From the IMG/VR virus record IMGVR_UViG_3300023231_000362: 64,000 bases of DNA, one strand, 5' to 3'. This DNA comes from an uncultured virus (IMG/VR IMGVR_UViG_3300023231_000362). Taxonomy: Duplodnaviria; Heunggongvirae; Uroviricota; Caudoviricetes. The position numbers and the translations under genes were made by a program. Numbering within the stretch: position 1 is the first letter of the stretch; every line of letters begins with the position of its first letter. Below the pieces are notes generated by a model. That model was not told the DNA's origin. It searched no databases and worked only from the letters and a program-made list of their open reading frames with translations. Of the stretch, positions 30,075-40,789 are shown one piece after another.

Positions 30075-30592
30075 AAATAGCAATTACGGGTGGAACTAAC
30101 GGTATAGGTAAGGCATTACTAGAACATTACATTAAAAAAGGACACACTGTGATGGATTACAGTAAACGAAATGGTTGGGATATTATACACCATGAACGTA
30201 TTGCTGAACGAGTAGCACAATGTGATTGGTTTTTTAATAATGCACAACAAGGTTATGCACAGACTGAGCTACTGTTTGGTGTATATGAGTACTGGAAGGA
30301 TAAACCAGGCAAAAAGATAATAAACATTAGCAGTATGATGGCTGGAATGACAGTTAGTTGCTTACCGGGTTACGACATGTTAAAGTATCATCATCAAAAG
30401 CGAACGCTGGAAAGCGCAGTAGAAGTGTTACGAAATAAGATGACTTGGCCACAGCTAGTTACCGTACGACCTGGTAAAGTAGACACACAGGGAGAAGGCG
30501 GTGCTGATGTAACGGCCTGGGTAAGCAAATTGGTGCGTATACTTGAAGAAGACCAAGTTGGCATGGAAATATACGACATTAGTCTAGCATAA
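30071..30592 (+). CDS. Short-chain dehydrogenase/reductase
   Basis: TGGTNGIG, NNA, NISS and YHHQK (YxxxK) motifs. Confidence 0.85.
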   Translation: MKIAITGGTNGIGKALLEHYIKKGHTVMDYSKRNGWDIIHHERIAERVAQCDWFFNNAQQGYAQTELLFGVYEYWKDKPGKKIINISSMMAGMTVSCLPGYDMLKYHHQKRTLESAVEVLRNKMTWPQLVTVRPGKVDTQGEGGADVTAWVSKLVRILEEDQVGMEIYDISLA

Positions 30593-31746
30593 TGGACCCT
30601 AAAGAATACGTAACAAACAAAGTTAGGTGCCCGATCCCCTGGACCGGCATAATGATCAACCATGACGGACAAGTTAAGAATTGTATTAGAGCATACGAGG
30701 ATATAGGTGATTTAAAGACAACTCCCATTCGTGATATTGTATTAGGTAGTAAAAATATAGAGATACAACAGGCACATCAAAACAATAACAAGCACAATAG
30801 TTGCCAGGGGTGTCATAAGCTAGAAGAACAAAAAACAGACTTTAATATCATTAGCGACCGCAAGTATTACATTAAAGAAATGCGTAATGTAGACAAAGGC
30901 ATATACGATCATAATACACATGAACTACATCAGATAGATGTACGCTGGCAAAATACCTGTAACTTTGCTTGTATATATTGTGGTCCTGAATTTAGTAGTA
31001 AGTGGGCACAAGAGGTTAATATACACTTACCAACACCCAGCAAAGAAAACTATGACGACTTGCGTAACTATGTTTTTGACAATGTTAAAAACTTAAAGAA
31101 CGTATATCTAGCTGGTGGTGAGCCCATGCTAATGACAGAGAACGAAGAACTGTTAGAGCTACTGCTTAAACACAATCCCGACGTAAATCTACGCATTAAC
31201 ACTAACCTAAGTCATACTAACACACGAGTGTTTGATTTGGTATGTAAGTTTAAAAACGTACACTGGATTGTGAGTGCAGAGACCATGGGAGATGACTATG
31301 AGTACATACGTTATGGTGGTCAATGGGCAACATTCTGTCATAACCTACGTTGGATCAAGGACTTAGACCATAAGATAACATTTAACATGTTGTACTTTGC
31401 TCTTAATGCATTTACCGTCTTTTATTTTATTGAAAAGTTTAAAAATGACTGGAACTTTCATCCAAATGCATTTGTAATTGGGCCCGTTTTACAACCTGAA
31501 GCACTTAACGTTCGGCATCTTCCTAAATTGACATTAGATAGGATTGGTGTTATACTACAAGAGAAGATTAACGAACACCCTGGATATCTATTAGAAGATA
31601 GTTATAGGAATTTATTGAGGTATATACAAGAGCCGTTTAAAAAAGATCCAAACAGCACTGTAGATTTTTTAAAGGAAATAGACGCTCGTAGAGGCACAGA
31701 CAGCGAGCAGGCATTCCCTTACATATATAAACTAATGAGGCAATAA
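30592..31746 (+). CDS. Radical SAM protein with an N-terminal twitch/SPASM-like domain
   Basis: CPIPW..C..CQGC; CNFACIYC; GGEP; NTN. Confidence 0.9.
   Translation: MDPKEYVTNKVRCPIPWTGIMINHDGQVKNCIRAYEDIGDLKTTPIRDIVLGSKNIEIQQAHQNNNKHNSCQGCHKLEEQKTDFNIISDRKYYIKEMRNVDKGIYDHNTHELHQIDVRWQNTCNFACIYCGPEFSSKWAQEVNIHLPTPSKENYDDLRNYVFDNVKNLKNVYLAGGEPMLMTENEELLELLLKHNPDVNLRINTNLSHTNTRVFDLVCKFKNVHWIVSAETMGDDYEYIRYGGQWATFCHNLRWIKDLDHKITFNMLYFALNAFTVFYFIEKFKNDWNFHPNAFVIGPVLQPEALNVRHLPKLTLDRIGVILQEKINEHPGYLLEDSYRNLLRYIQEPFKKDPNSTVDFLKEIDARRGTDSEQAFPYIYKLMRQ
31528..31556 (+). promoter_or_regulatory. Internal sigma70-type promoter, probably driving uvsX
   Basis: TTGACA-17 bp-TATACT inside the radical SAM CDS. 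Confidence 0.55.
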
Positions 31747-31747
31747 C

Positions 31748-32845
31748 ATGGCACAAAAACCCTTTGATGTATCAAAATTTAGAAAAGGCTTAACCAAAAG
31801 TATTGAAGGTATCAGTTTTGGATTTAATGATCCAACAGATTGGATCAGCACAGGCAACTATGCACTAAACTATCTTATCAGTGGCGACTTTAACAAAGGT
31901 GTGCCACTAGGTAAAGTTACAGTGTTTGCCGGGGAGTCTGGCGCAGGTAAAAGTTATATTTGCGCAGGTAATATTGTAAAAGAAGCACAAGCACAGGGTA
32001 TCTTTGTTATCTTAATCGACACTGAAAACGCACTTGATGAGAATTGGTTAAAAGCACTTGACGTTGACACCAGCGCCGACAAACTGCTAAAACTTAACAT
32101 GGCCATGGTTGATGATGTTGCTAAAACAGTAAGTGACTTTATGATAGAGTATAAAACACTACCGTCAGATGACAGGCCTAAAGTATTGTTTGTTATTGAC
32201 AGTTTGGGTATGTTGTTAACACCTACAGATGTTGACCAGTTTAACAAAGGTGATATGAAGGGTGACATGGGTCGTAAGCCCAAGGCACTAACATCACTAG
32301 TACGTAACTGTGTAAACATGTTTGGTAACGCTAACGTAGGGCTTGTAGCAACCAACCATACATATGCAAGTCAGGACATGTTTGACCCTGATGACAAAAT
32401 ATCAGGTGGACAAGGCTTTATCTATGCAAGCAGTATTGTTGTTGCAATGAAGAAGATGAAACTTAAAGAAGACGAAGACGGTAACAAGATATCAGAAGTA
32501 AAAGGTATTAGAGCAGGCTGTAAGATAATGAAGACTCGTTACGCAAAACCATTTGAAGGCATACAAGTTAAAATACCGTATGAAACCGGTATGAATCCAT
32601 ATAGTGGACTGGTGGACCTGTGTGAGAAAAAGAGTTTATTGGTGAGAGAAGGCAACAGCCTTAAATACACAACTTCAGCAGGTGATGAAATCAAACAGTT
32701 CCGCAAGGCTTGGGAACGCAATGAAGGCGGATGTTTAGATACAATCATGAATGATTGGGACACTAAGGCCCTGGCCCTCACGCACAAAACAACTGATAAC
32801 GATCCGGAAGTAGCAGATGCAAATTCTATTGCAGAAGAAGTATAG
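31748..32845 (+). CDS. uvsX: RecA-like recombinase (UvsX)
   Basis: GESGAGKS, DTENA, VIDSLG, NHTY and SGGQG motifs. Confidence 0.92.
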   Translation: MAQKPFDVSKFRKGLTKSIEGISFGFNDPTDWISTGNYALNYLISGDFNKGVPLGKVTVFAGESGAGKSYICAGNIVKEAQAQGIFVILIDTENALDENWLKALDVDTSADKLLKLNMAMVDDVAKTVSDFMIEYKTLPSDDRPKVLFVIDSLGMLLTPTDVDQFNKGDMKGDMGRKPKALTSLVRNCVNMFGNANVGLVATNHTYASQDMFDPDDKISGGQGFIYASSIVVAMKKMKLKEDEDGNKISEVKGIRAGCKIMKTRYAKPFEGIQVKIPYETGMNPYSGLVDLCEKKSLLVREGNSLKYTTSAGDEIKQFRKAWERNEGGCLDTIMNDWDTKALALTHKTTDNDPEVADANSIAEEV

Positions 32846-34193
32846 TGAGCTACTAACCCAACCTGTTAATCAAATATACAGAGAACTTAAATCTGTTTAC
32901 AAGCATGCGTTTGCAGACAACGAACGCATTCTTTTTATTGATGATGTAGAGGGTACAGATGCTAAGTCTAATTTAGAGTTTTATTTAGATAAACTTCTAG
33001 ATCACCTAGACATTGACAGGTTCTTTATACAAACGGTTAACAGAGGTAGCCAAACTATAGCTAACCCTACTAACTATCACATACCGGACTCAGTGTGCAT
33101 AACACCCTGGTTAAGTCTGGAAGTGGATGTTGATAGTAAACTGCACCGTTGTTGCTTGTGGGACAGAGAAAAAGGCACTACTTCAGACAGTCTTGTGGAA
33201 TATTTTAAAAGCACAGAACAGGTCCAGTTGAAGCAGGACTTCTTACAGGGTAAACGCCCTGACGCATGCAATAAGTGTTGGCAACTAGAATCAGCAGGTG
33301 GTACAAGTAAACGGTTAGCAGACAACTATGTGTTTAGGGATCACAAATTTGATATAGACTACAACGACACAACATCTAGTCGGATAGTTAACTTAGACAT
33401 TAAGTTAGGTAACAAGTGTAATCTGGCATGCAGGATATGTGGCCCAAGATGCAGTAGTACTTGGTCACGGTTTGCTGATGCCGTTACTGTGGAGTTTAAT
33501 TGGTTAGAAAACGAGTCCAGTGCGTTTTGGTCAGACATAATAGATATCAGTGAAGACGTTAAGTACATTACCTTTGCAGGTGGTGAACCGCTACTAGACA
33601 AGACACATAGAAAACTGTTACAATACTTTATTGACACAGGGTTAAGCGAAGACATTGCACTTCATTACAACACTAACGGTACAGTATTTGCAGATTTTCT
33701 CTTTGATTATTGGGACCAGTTTAAGTCTGTTGAGTTAAGTTTTAGTATAGACGCAGTCGGTAAAAGATTTGAGTATGAACGTTTTGGTATGATCTGGGAT
33801 AAGGTACATGCTAATTTACAGCGTTACAGTAAAACGGATTATACATGTAACCTTTACGCTACACTAACAGCTCTTAATGTTATGTACAGTGATGAGATAT
33901 ACGAATACTCTGAACAGTTAGGTTGTGGTATTACCTATAATTTATTAACAGATCCAGAGGATCTTGCAGTAACAAACTTGCCCGTTAAGACAAAGTTACA
34001 TATTAAAAATAAATTACTAGCGTTAGACATAAATGGATTTAAAGAAAAAATAATACCTGTAATTAGTATGATGGAAACAAAAAGTAGTATAAGTAGTTTA
34101 CAAGAATTTTTGTTGCCTCAAGACTTTAAACGAGCTCAGCGTTTTGAGGACTATTACCCTGAGCTACACTCGGAGATAACTAAATGTCAATAG
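32817..34193 (+). CDS. Radical SAM protein with twitch/SPASM-like domain and N-terminal extension
   Basis: CITPW..CC..CNKC; CNLACRIC; GGEP; NTNGT; SID. Confidence 0.9.
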   Translation: MQILLQKKYSELLTQPVNQIYRELKSVYKHAFADNERILFIDDVEGTDAKSNLEFYLDKLLDHLDIDRFFIQTVNRGSQTIANPTNYHIPDSVCITPWLSLEVDVDSKLHRCCLWDREKGTTSDSLVEYFKSTEQVQLKQDFLQGKRPDACNKCWQLESAGGTSKRLADNYVFRDHKFDIDYNDTTSSRIVNLDIKLGNKCNLACRICGPRCSSTWSRFADAVTVEFNWLENESSAFWSDIIDISEDVKYITFAGGEPLLDKTHRKLLQYFIDTGLSEDIALHYNTNGTVFADFLFDYWDQFKSVELSFSIDAVGKRFEYERFGMIWDKVHANLQRYSKTDYTCNLYATLTALNVMYSDEIYEYSEQLGCGITYNLLTDPEDLAVTNLPVKTKLHIKNKLLALDINGFKEKIIPVISMMETKSSISSLQEFLLPQDFKRAQRFEDYYPELHSEITKCQ

Positions 34194-34432
34194 AATTAGA
34201 CGTATTAACAGAAACATATTTGATCCTTAAAGAATATGTGCCTGCTAAGGATAGACAAGCGGCGGCAGATCAATTGTTAGGTAACTTAGTGGATATGGAA
34301 ATGGCAGACGAAGAATTTGAAAAATTTTGTGGTACTGATTCTTATTTAAAAAATGCATCGGAGGATTATCTTAATGATGATACAGACGACGACGACGACA
34401 ACAATTTTGACGAATCTGACTCTGACACATAA
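34184..34432 (+). CDS. Small acidic hypothetical protein
   Basis: GGAG SD; Asp-rich tail; coupled to the uvsY-like gene. Confidence 0.65.
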   Translation: MSIELDVLTETYLILKEYVPAKDRQAAADQLLGNLVDMEMADEEFEKFCGTDSYLKNASEDYLNDDTDDDDDNNFDESDSDT

Positions 34433-34884
34433 TGTGGTATAATAAAGTAGTACAGGATCTTTCCTTTATTCCAGACTGTATCAACCACTACTACACTGAG
34501 CTGGAGGATGCCAAGAAAGAAGTTAGAATATGGGGCAATATTGAAAAGTCCTTGACCAACTTACCTGGTATTACTGAGCATAGATTTAATCAACTGCAGG
34601 AAATAGAAGCAGTATTAAACTATCTAAACATACAACTTCGTAAGATTCGACGTAAATGGTTTAAGAAATATCTAGAAGGATATCAGCGAGCACTTAGTGC
34701 TAGAGATGCAGAAAAGTATGTTGATGGCGAAGACGAAGTCATTGACTTTGAAACCTTAATTAACGAAGTAGCATTGTTGCGCAACAAGTGGTTGGGTATT
34801 ATGAAAGGTTTAGAAACCAAGCAATGGCAACTAGGTCATATAACTAGACTGAGAACAGCAGGAATGGAGGACGTATCATTATGA
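34432..34884 (+). CDS. uvsY: Recombination mediator (UvsY-like)
   Basis: Helical 150 aa, YLEGYQRALSARDAEKYVDGE, near uvsX. Confidence 0.7.
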   Translation: MWYNKVVQDLSFIPDCINHYYTELEDAKKEVRIWGNIEKSLTNLPGITEHRFNQLQEIEAVLNYLNIQLRKIRRKWFKKYLEGYQRALSARDAEKYVDGEDEVIDFETLINEVALLRNKWLGIMKGLETKQWQLGHITRLRTAGMEDVSL

Positions 34885-35636
34885 ACCAGTTCACTCCAGA
34901 AGAGAGTCACCAACAAAGTTTATTCACGCTACACGAACTACAACAACACGACGATTTATTGGACAGTATTAAGAGTATTGCAGACGTTGGATGTGGCACT
35001 GGGTTAGATATCAAGTGGTGGGCAGAGAATCATAACCGTGAAGAGGACCAAACGCCACGAAATATCAAGTGTTATGCTGTAGATCTAGCACCCAAACTTA
35101 ACTACGATATTCCCAAGAACTTACATGTTATAGAAAACGATTTTACTAAGGAACCATTCTTGCCTGTAAAGGTGGATATGATATGGAGTCATAACAGTTT
35201 AGGACATGCCATTAATCCATACGAAACACTAGCAGTCTGGAATAGACAAATGAATGCAGGCGGTATAATCTGTGTTATCCTACCGCAAATGCACAACGTC
35301 GAATATAACAGAGTACACTGCCACCACTTTCCAGGATATTTTTACAATTTTAATATAATTAATTTAGTTTATATGCTGGCATGTGCTGGATTCGACTGTA
35401 AGGATGGATTGTTCTATAAAGCAAAAAATGACCCCTGGTTACACGCTATTGCATACAAGTCTAAATACACGCCTATGGATCCACTTACTACCTCTTGGCA
35501 TGATTTAAGCGAACGGGAGTTACTGCCAGACAGTTTTAACGAGAGTTTACAGCGTACCAATACCATTACAAATCAGCCGCATCTAATACTACGATGGGCT
35601 AATGGTTCAAAATTTGATTTAGCAAATACTGCCTAA
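34881..35636 (+). CDS. Class I SAM-dependent methyltransferase
   Basis: IADVGCGTG motif I. Confidence 0.75.
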   Translation: MNQFTPEESHQQSLFTLHELQQHDDLLDSIKSIADVGCGTGLDIKWWAENHNREEDQTPRNIKCYAVDLAPKLNYDIPKNLHVIENDFTKEPFLPVKVDMIWSHNSLGHAINPYETLAVWNRQMNAGGIICVILPQMHNVEYNRVHCHHFPGYFYNFNIINLVYMLACAGFDCKDGLFYKAKNDPWLHAIAYKSKYTPMDPLTTSWHDLSERELLPDSFNESLQRTNTITNQPHLILRWANGSKFDLANTA

Positions 35637-36465
35637 TCCTACACCAAGGTTCTCCCTCGTGTATTTCATCAATAAACCATTCTGTGTTTAGTATTCTATT
35701 AAACCAGTCTTGTCTGACAGAATCCAACGGCGTAACTAGACTATAGTCTGTACTGGCAACTGTACTGGCAAGGCTCTCAGGTTCTACCATAGCAGGAACC
35801 CCATTGATAATTGCTTCCACTGCTGACCCACCGGTTGGACTAATAACACAGTAAGCATCATCTAATATATCTAAAAAATCAGTATCGTCCGATGTGCCTT
35901 TTTTATTTGCGACACCTACTTCATACTTGCTGTGTATGCTTCTGTGAATAGTATACCTTGGGTGTGGTCTGACAACAATTTGCTTGCCAGGACACGACAA
36001 CTTTATTTTATCGACAATCTGTTCTAACCAGACCTCAGTAACAGGCATGTTTCTCCACAACTGGCTATATTGATTTTGACAGCACACAACAACTTTGTTT
36101 CCTTGACCTTGGAAATCTTTTAGAACTAGATTAAATCGTTCTGATCTGCCTGGAATAATGTCATGATCCAAGTGACCATAGTAGCCTGTATTATCGATGT
36201 GGTTAACACTGATTCGCCAGGATTGATTACGTCGAAGTACACCTACTTCTATGATAACAACTGGTTTGTTCTGTTTCCTATAATGGTCATATACTTTTTG
36301 ATTTGCTCGCATACGTCCGTCCCAGAGCACACTCCATATTACGGCGGCATCAGCGTCCATGTCATCATGTGTTACTTGGTCCGTTTTTAATACGGTGTGC
36401 TCGAATGCCTTATAAATATCTTGACCAGCAAGCGCAACATTGTTGTGCCAAAAACTAATTTTCAT
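35599..36465 (-). CDS. Capsule-biosynthesis (KpsS/KpsC-like) glycosyltransferase-like protein
   Basis: IVVRPHP and GSAVEAIINGVP motifs. Confidence 0.55.
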   Translation of the reverse strand: MKISFWHNNVALAGQDIYKAFEHTVLKTDQVTHDDMDADAAVIWSVLWDGRMRANQKVYDHYRKQNKPVVIIEVGVLRRNQSWRISVNHIDNTGYYGHLDHDIIPGRSERFNLVLKDFQGQGNKVVVCCQNQYSQLWRNMPVTEVWLEQIVDKIKLSCPGKQIVVRPHPRYTIHRSIHSKYEVGVANKKGTSDDTDFLDILDDAYCVISPTGGSAVEAIINGVPAMVEPESLASTVASTDYSLVTPLDSVRQDWFNRILNTEWFIDEIHEGEPWCRIRQYLLNQILNH

Positions 36466-36479
36466 AACACATATTTAAT

Positions 36480-37955
36480 ATGATACTAGGCGTAAGTTAC
36501 GGTTTCCACGATGCAGGAGTAACACTAATCGACGGAAACGAAATTCTATTTGCAGGACATGCAGAGCGTTACAGCAAGAATAAGCACGACGCCAAGCTCA
36601 ACAAAGCAATATTTCAGGAAGCCTTTCGGTATGGTGAACCTAATAGAATTATCTATTACGAAAACCCCTGGAATAAAAAACTACGACAAGCATTTGCAGG
36701 ACAATGGCAGGATGCTTTACAGTGGCCCAGTGTAAAGAAAGAACTACAACACCTAACAGGACTTAACAACTGCCCTATATACTATGCTGATCATCATGAA
36801 GCACACGCCGCCGCAGGCTTCGCTACAAGCCCATTTGAGAGTGCCGCAGTTGTGGTAGTAGATGCTATTGGTGAGTGGGACACAATGAGTATATGGCAGG
36901 CTTATATGGAAGGAGACTCAGTTCAATATGAAAAACTTTGGTCAAACACATATCCGCACAGTATTGGGCTTATGTACTCTGCATTTACACAACGTCTGGG
37001 CCTTAGACCTCTAGATGAGGAATATATCCTAATGGGTATGAGTGCGTATGGTGACGGATCGTTATTAAGTAGTACTATCAAGAGTGACCTAATAAGTGAC
37101 CTTAGGCAGTTAAAATTTAGCAAAAACTTGCACTTGGGTATAGAAAAAGACTACTTAAAAGACTCTAAAGACGTCGATATTGCCGCAGGTGTACAAATAG
37201 TAACGGAACAACTGTTAGATACTATATTTCATAAAGCATGGGATATAACTGGTGAACGCAATGTTGTGTTTATGGGCGGAGTGGCACTTAATTGTGTAGC
37301 CAACCGAAACATTGGCAAATATTTTGAAAACATTTGGGTTATGCCTAATCCTGGAGATGCTGGTAGTAGTTTAGGAGCCGCCGCAGTATTAGATGGTGGT
37401 AAATTAAACTGGAAGCATTCTTATTTAGGCACTGATATACCTGGTGAGTACCCTGTACGGCGTCTAGTAAACTATCTTAAAAAGAATAAGATTGCAGGCG
37501 TAGCAAGTGGTAGAGCAGAGTTTGGTCCTAGAGCATTAGGTCACCGCAGTTTATTAGCAGACCCACGTGGTGCAGAAATTAAAGATGCTGTAAACAAGAT
37601 TAAAAAGCGACAACTATTCAGACCATTCGCTCCTGCCATACTTGCTGAACACGTTAACGACTATTTTAAAATGCCCATGTCATGGCATGATAGTCCCTAC
37701 ATGCAAGTAGTTGCTCGGTGTAAAAAGCCCACAGAGTTTCCTGCTATTGTGCATGTAGACGGAACTAGTCGTGTGCAAACAGTTAGCAAAGATGATAGTC
37801 CAGGATTTAGACAACTACTTGAGACATGGTATAAAGAAACAGGTTGCCCTATGTTGTTAAACACCAGTTTAAACATTAGGGGAGAGCCTATGGTAGATGA
37901 TCGTAAAGATGCAGATAGGTTTGAGGAGAAGTACGGAGTTAAAGTCTTCTCATGA
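36480..37955 (+). CDS. O-carbamoyltransferase (NodU/CmcH/TobZ family)
   Basis: HDAG, ERYSK.KHD, HHEAHAA, DAIGE, GGVALNC, EFGPRALGHRS, RPFAP and LLNTSLN motifs. Confidence 0.93.
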   Translation: MILGVSYGFHDAGVTLIDGNEILFAGHAERYSKNKHDAKLNKAIFQEAFRYGEPNRIIYYENPWNKKLRQAFAGQWQDALQWPSVKKELQHLTGLNNCPIYYADHHEAHAAAGFATSPFESAAVVVVDAIGEWDTMSIWQAYMEGDSVQYEKLWSNTYPHSIGLMYSAFTQRLGLRPLDEEYILMGMSAYGDGSLLSSTIKSDLISDLRQLKFSKNLHLGIEKDYLKDSKDVDIAAGVQIVTEQLLDTIFHKAWDITGERNVVFMGGVALNCVANRNIGKYFENIWVMPNPGDAGSSLGAAAVLDGGKLNWKHSYLGTDIPGEYPVRRLVNYLKKNKIAGVASGRAEFGPRALGHRSLLADPRGAEIKDAVNKIKKRQLFRPFAPAILAEHVNDYFKMPMSWHDSPYMQVVARCKKPTEFPAIVHVDGTSRVQTVSKDDSPGFRQLLETWYKETGCPMLLNTSLNIRGEPMVDDRKDADRFEEKYGVKVFS

Positions 37956-38764
37956 ACTTGTATTGCCCAGGGCATAAGGTAGACAGCAAAGCCTACAGTG
38001 TAATGAATCCACTACATGAATGTTACGGCTTTAGAAAAATTTTAGACCACACATGGGATCAAACAGGTCCCAGTTTCTTTTGGGGGTTTGTGGGCAAGAA
38101 CTTTCAATTGGTTAAAGACCATCAGCAACTTGGTATAGACTGGTACTTTACAGACATGCCCTATTGGGGTAGATGGAACGGATTAAAAGAAGCACTTGAC
38201 CCCTCACAGGATTTTTACTGGCGTGTTGTGCCCAACGCAACACATTGTAATTGGATAGGTGACTATCCCAATGATAGGTTTAAACGATTAGGAGTAACAG
38301 TATATGATTGGCAAACTAGTGGTGATCACATTTTGGTGTGTCCTAGCAGTTCTACTATGGAACGTTTTGTAGACCAAACAGGTTGGTTAGAACGCACAAT
38401 ACAAACTCTTCGTAAGTTTACAGATAGACCAATAAAAGTAAGACACAAGCCCAGAGGTAAAGGCACAAGCGGACCAGCCGCCGCTTTAATACCGTTTGCA
38501 GAAGAAGCACGTAATGCTCACGCTGTTGTAACAACTTTAAGTATGGCTGCCGTAGAAGCCGCCTGTTTAGGTATACCTGTATTCTGTCACGAACAAGGTC
38601 CTGCAAAACCAATAGCATTAACAGACTTAAGTAAAATAGAATCTCCCGTCAGACCTGATCGCACACCCTGGTTAAATACACTAAGCTATTTTCAATTTAC
38701 AGAACAAGAGTTACGTCAAGGCATAGACAAGATCAATGATAATATCGTTTTTACCAAAAAATAA
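37952..38764 (+). CDS. KpsS-like glycosyltransferase-like protein
   Basis: IKVRHKP and SMAAVEAACLGIPV motifs. Confidence 0.55.
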   Translation: MNLYCPGHKVDSKAYSVMNPLHECYGFRKILDHTWDQTGPSFFWGFVGKNFQLVKDHQQLGIDWYFTDMPYWGRWNGLKEALDPSQDFYWRVVPNATHCNWIGDYPNDRFKRLGVTVYDWQTSGDHILVCPSSSTMERFVDQTGWLERTIQTLRKFTDRPIKVRHKPRGKGTSGPAAALIPFAEEARNAHAVVTTLSMAAVEAACLGIPVFCHEQGPAKPIALTDLSKIESPVRPDRTPWLNTLSYFQFTEQELRQGIDKINDNIVFTKK

Positions 38765-39593
38765 ACCTAGCAGCCTGGAGCTCATAGTACATGATTTTAC
38801 CAAAGGGACACAGGGTAAAGTATTGCCTATATCTTGGTGGATTACAAACAAACGATTTCCTAGTGATACAACTAGAGTAGTCACAGCAGGTATACTAAGA
38901 GGTGGCGGAGACCTACTTAAAAAATTAAACACAACAAATATGCCGTACTATTATATAGATCATGCATATTTTAAGGCAGAGAGAGGTAGACCACCTGGGT
39001 GGATGAAATGGATGCGAGTAACTGCAAATGGTTTTAACTGTACTAAGATAACAGATACAGATAGTACAAAATTTAATAAACTTTTTGATAGCACGTTTCA
39101 ACTTAGTCCCTGGCGTAAAGATGGACAAACAATATTAATATTACCTCCGACTGATCCTGTAAAGTATGTGTTTGGATGCCATGGCTGGTTAGACAGTGTA
39201 TTGACAGCATTGCAAGGTAAAACATCTAGACAAATTGTAATAAGAACAAAGCCTGGCGAAGTATTGGTTGACGACACCGGAAAAGAAACAGGACGCACAC
39301 CTTTCGATCCTGCACAACTTCCTTTAGATGCAGAACTAAGCAGAGCTCATTGTGTCATAGCCTATAATAGCTCAGTAACAATACAAGCCGCTATAAAGGG
39401 TATACCAGTAATATGTAGCGAACAGTGTTCAGCATACCCTATCAGTAATAACATGTCAGACATAGAGGATCTATTAGAATTTGATCGTTTGCCTTGGCTA
39501 TATAATCTATGCAACCACCAATTTGAAACACAAGAACTGCTAAGTGGTGACGCATATAGATACTTAGAAGCAGAAGAGGAACACAATGTATAA
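38736..39593 (+). CDS. KpsS-like glycosyltransferase-like protein
   Basis: YYIDHAYF, IVIRTKP and NSSVTIQAAIKGIPV motifs. Confidence 0.55.
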   Translation: MIISFLPKNKPSSLELIVHDFTKGTQGKVLPISWWITNKRFPSDTTRVVTAGILRGGGDLLKKLNTTNMPYYYIDHAYFKAERGRPPGWMKWMRVTANGFNCTKITDTDSTKFNKLFDSTFQLSPWRKDGQTILILPPTDPVKYVFGCHGWLDSVLTALQGKTSRQIVIRTKPGEVLVDDTGKETGRTPFDPAQLPLDAELSRAHCVIAYNSSVTIQAAIKGIPVICSEQCSAYPISNNMSDIEDLLEFDRLPWLYNLCNHQFETQELLSGDAYRYLEAEEEHNV

Positions 39594-39631
39594 TTATAAA
39601 GATAACGGATTAGTACTTAAACGGAGATAAT

Positions 39632-40789
39632 ATGAGATATCCATTAGCTTGTAGTACTTGGGATAATAAAGAACTAGAAGCAATTCAAGAAGTAATTAAT
39701 ACGGGTCGTTATACTATGGGTGCTCGTGTTAAACAATTTGAAAAAGAGTTTTGCGACTACTTTAAATGTGCCGACGCCGTGATGGTAAACAGCGGATCAA
39801 CAGCAAATCTATTAATGTTGGCGTTATTGGCATTAAAGTACAATTTAAAAGGTGATATAATTGTGCCTGTGGTTAGTTGGTCAACAACATATTATCCATT
39901 ACAACAATATGGTTTCAAATTAAATTTTGTAGATATTGATAAAGATACGTTAAACATTGATCCTAGTAAAATAGAAAAAGCGATAACTAAAGATACTTGT
40001 GCTATTTTTGCTGTTAATCTGTTAGGCAATTCTTGTGAGTATAAAAAACTTAATGAACTTGCAGAAAAACATAATTTATTATTGATAGAAGATAACTGTG
40101 AAAGTTTAGGTGCAATATCAGATACAGACGCTTACACCGGTACGATTGGTCTTATGGGCAGTTTTTCATTTTTCTTTAGTCATCATTTGCAAACTATGGA
40201 AGGTGGTATGATTGCTTGTCAAAGTAAAGATGACGCAGATTTCATTAGATCATTGAGAGCGCACGGCTGGTGTAGAGATTTACCAGACGATAGTAATATT
40301 TACAAAAAAACAGGTGACAACTTTAAAGATAGTTTTACTTTTATTACACCAGGGTATAGTGTTAGACCATTAGAGATGAGTGGGGCAATAGGTAGTGTAC
40401 AACTTAAAAAATGGCCTGATATGAGAGAACAACGAGTTAAGAATGCAGATTACTTTAAAGAGAAGTTTAACGATTTTAAAGACGTTCAAATACAAAAAGA
40501 AGTAGGTAATTCTAGTTGGTTTGGATTCTCTATGGTGTTCAATGGAAATTTAACAGGTAAAAGAGATATCATTGTACAAAAATTCAAAGAAAACGAAATA
40601 GAGAGTAGACCAATTGTTGCAGGTAACTTTATGAAAAATCCTGTAATAGAATACCTTAACTATATAGATAATAAAGATTACACCGTTGCTGATTATATAC
40701 ACGATAATGGATTGTTTATAGGTAATGATGTGAGAGATTTAACAGAAAATATTGATTTAGTTTACAATATAATAAAGGATATAAAATGA
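39632..40789 (+). CDS. colD: DegT/DnrJ-family PLP enzyme, ColD-like (GDP-4-keto-6-deoxymannose 3-dehydratase)
   Basis: MRYPLACSTWD start, VNSGSTANLL, EDNCES, FSFFFSHHLQTMEGG with His at the usual PLP-Lys position. Confidence 0.75.
   Translation: MRYPLACSTWDNKELEAIQEVINTGRYTMGARVKQFEKEFCDYFKCADAVMVNSGSTANLLMLALLALKYNLKGDIIVPVVSWSTTYYPLQQYGFKLNFVDIDKDTLNIDPSKIEKAITKDTCAIFAVNLLGNSCEYKKLNELAEKHNLLLIEDNCESLGAISDTDAYTGTIGLMGSFSFFFSHHLQTMEGGMIACQSKDDADFIRSLRAHGWCRDLPDDSNIYKKTGDNFKDSFTFITPGYSVRPLEMSGAIGSVQLKKWPDMREQRVKNADYFKEKFNDFKDVQIQKEVGNSSWFGFSMVFNGNLTGKRDIIVQKFKENEIESRPIVAGNFMKNPVIEYLNYIDNKDYTVADYIHDNGLFIGNDVRDLTENIDLVYNIIKDIK

Noticed and set aside
29127..34432. RiPP cluster (radical SAM/SPASM plus precursor peptide)
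   Set aside because: No convincing precursor peptide, RRE domain, protease or exporter; the 82-aa acidic ORF is coupled to uvsY
36480..37955. Carbamoyltransferase as a hydroxymethylcytosine DNA-modification enzyme
   Set aside because: No dCMP hydroxymethylase or thymidylate-synthase homolog nearby and the neighbours are glycan genes; not excluded genome-wide
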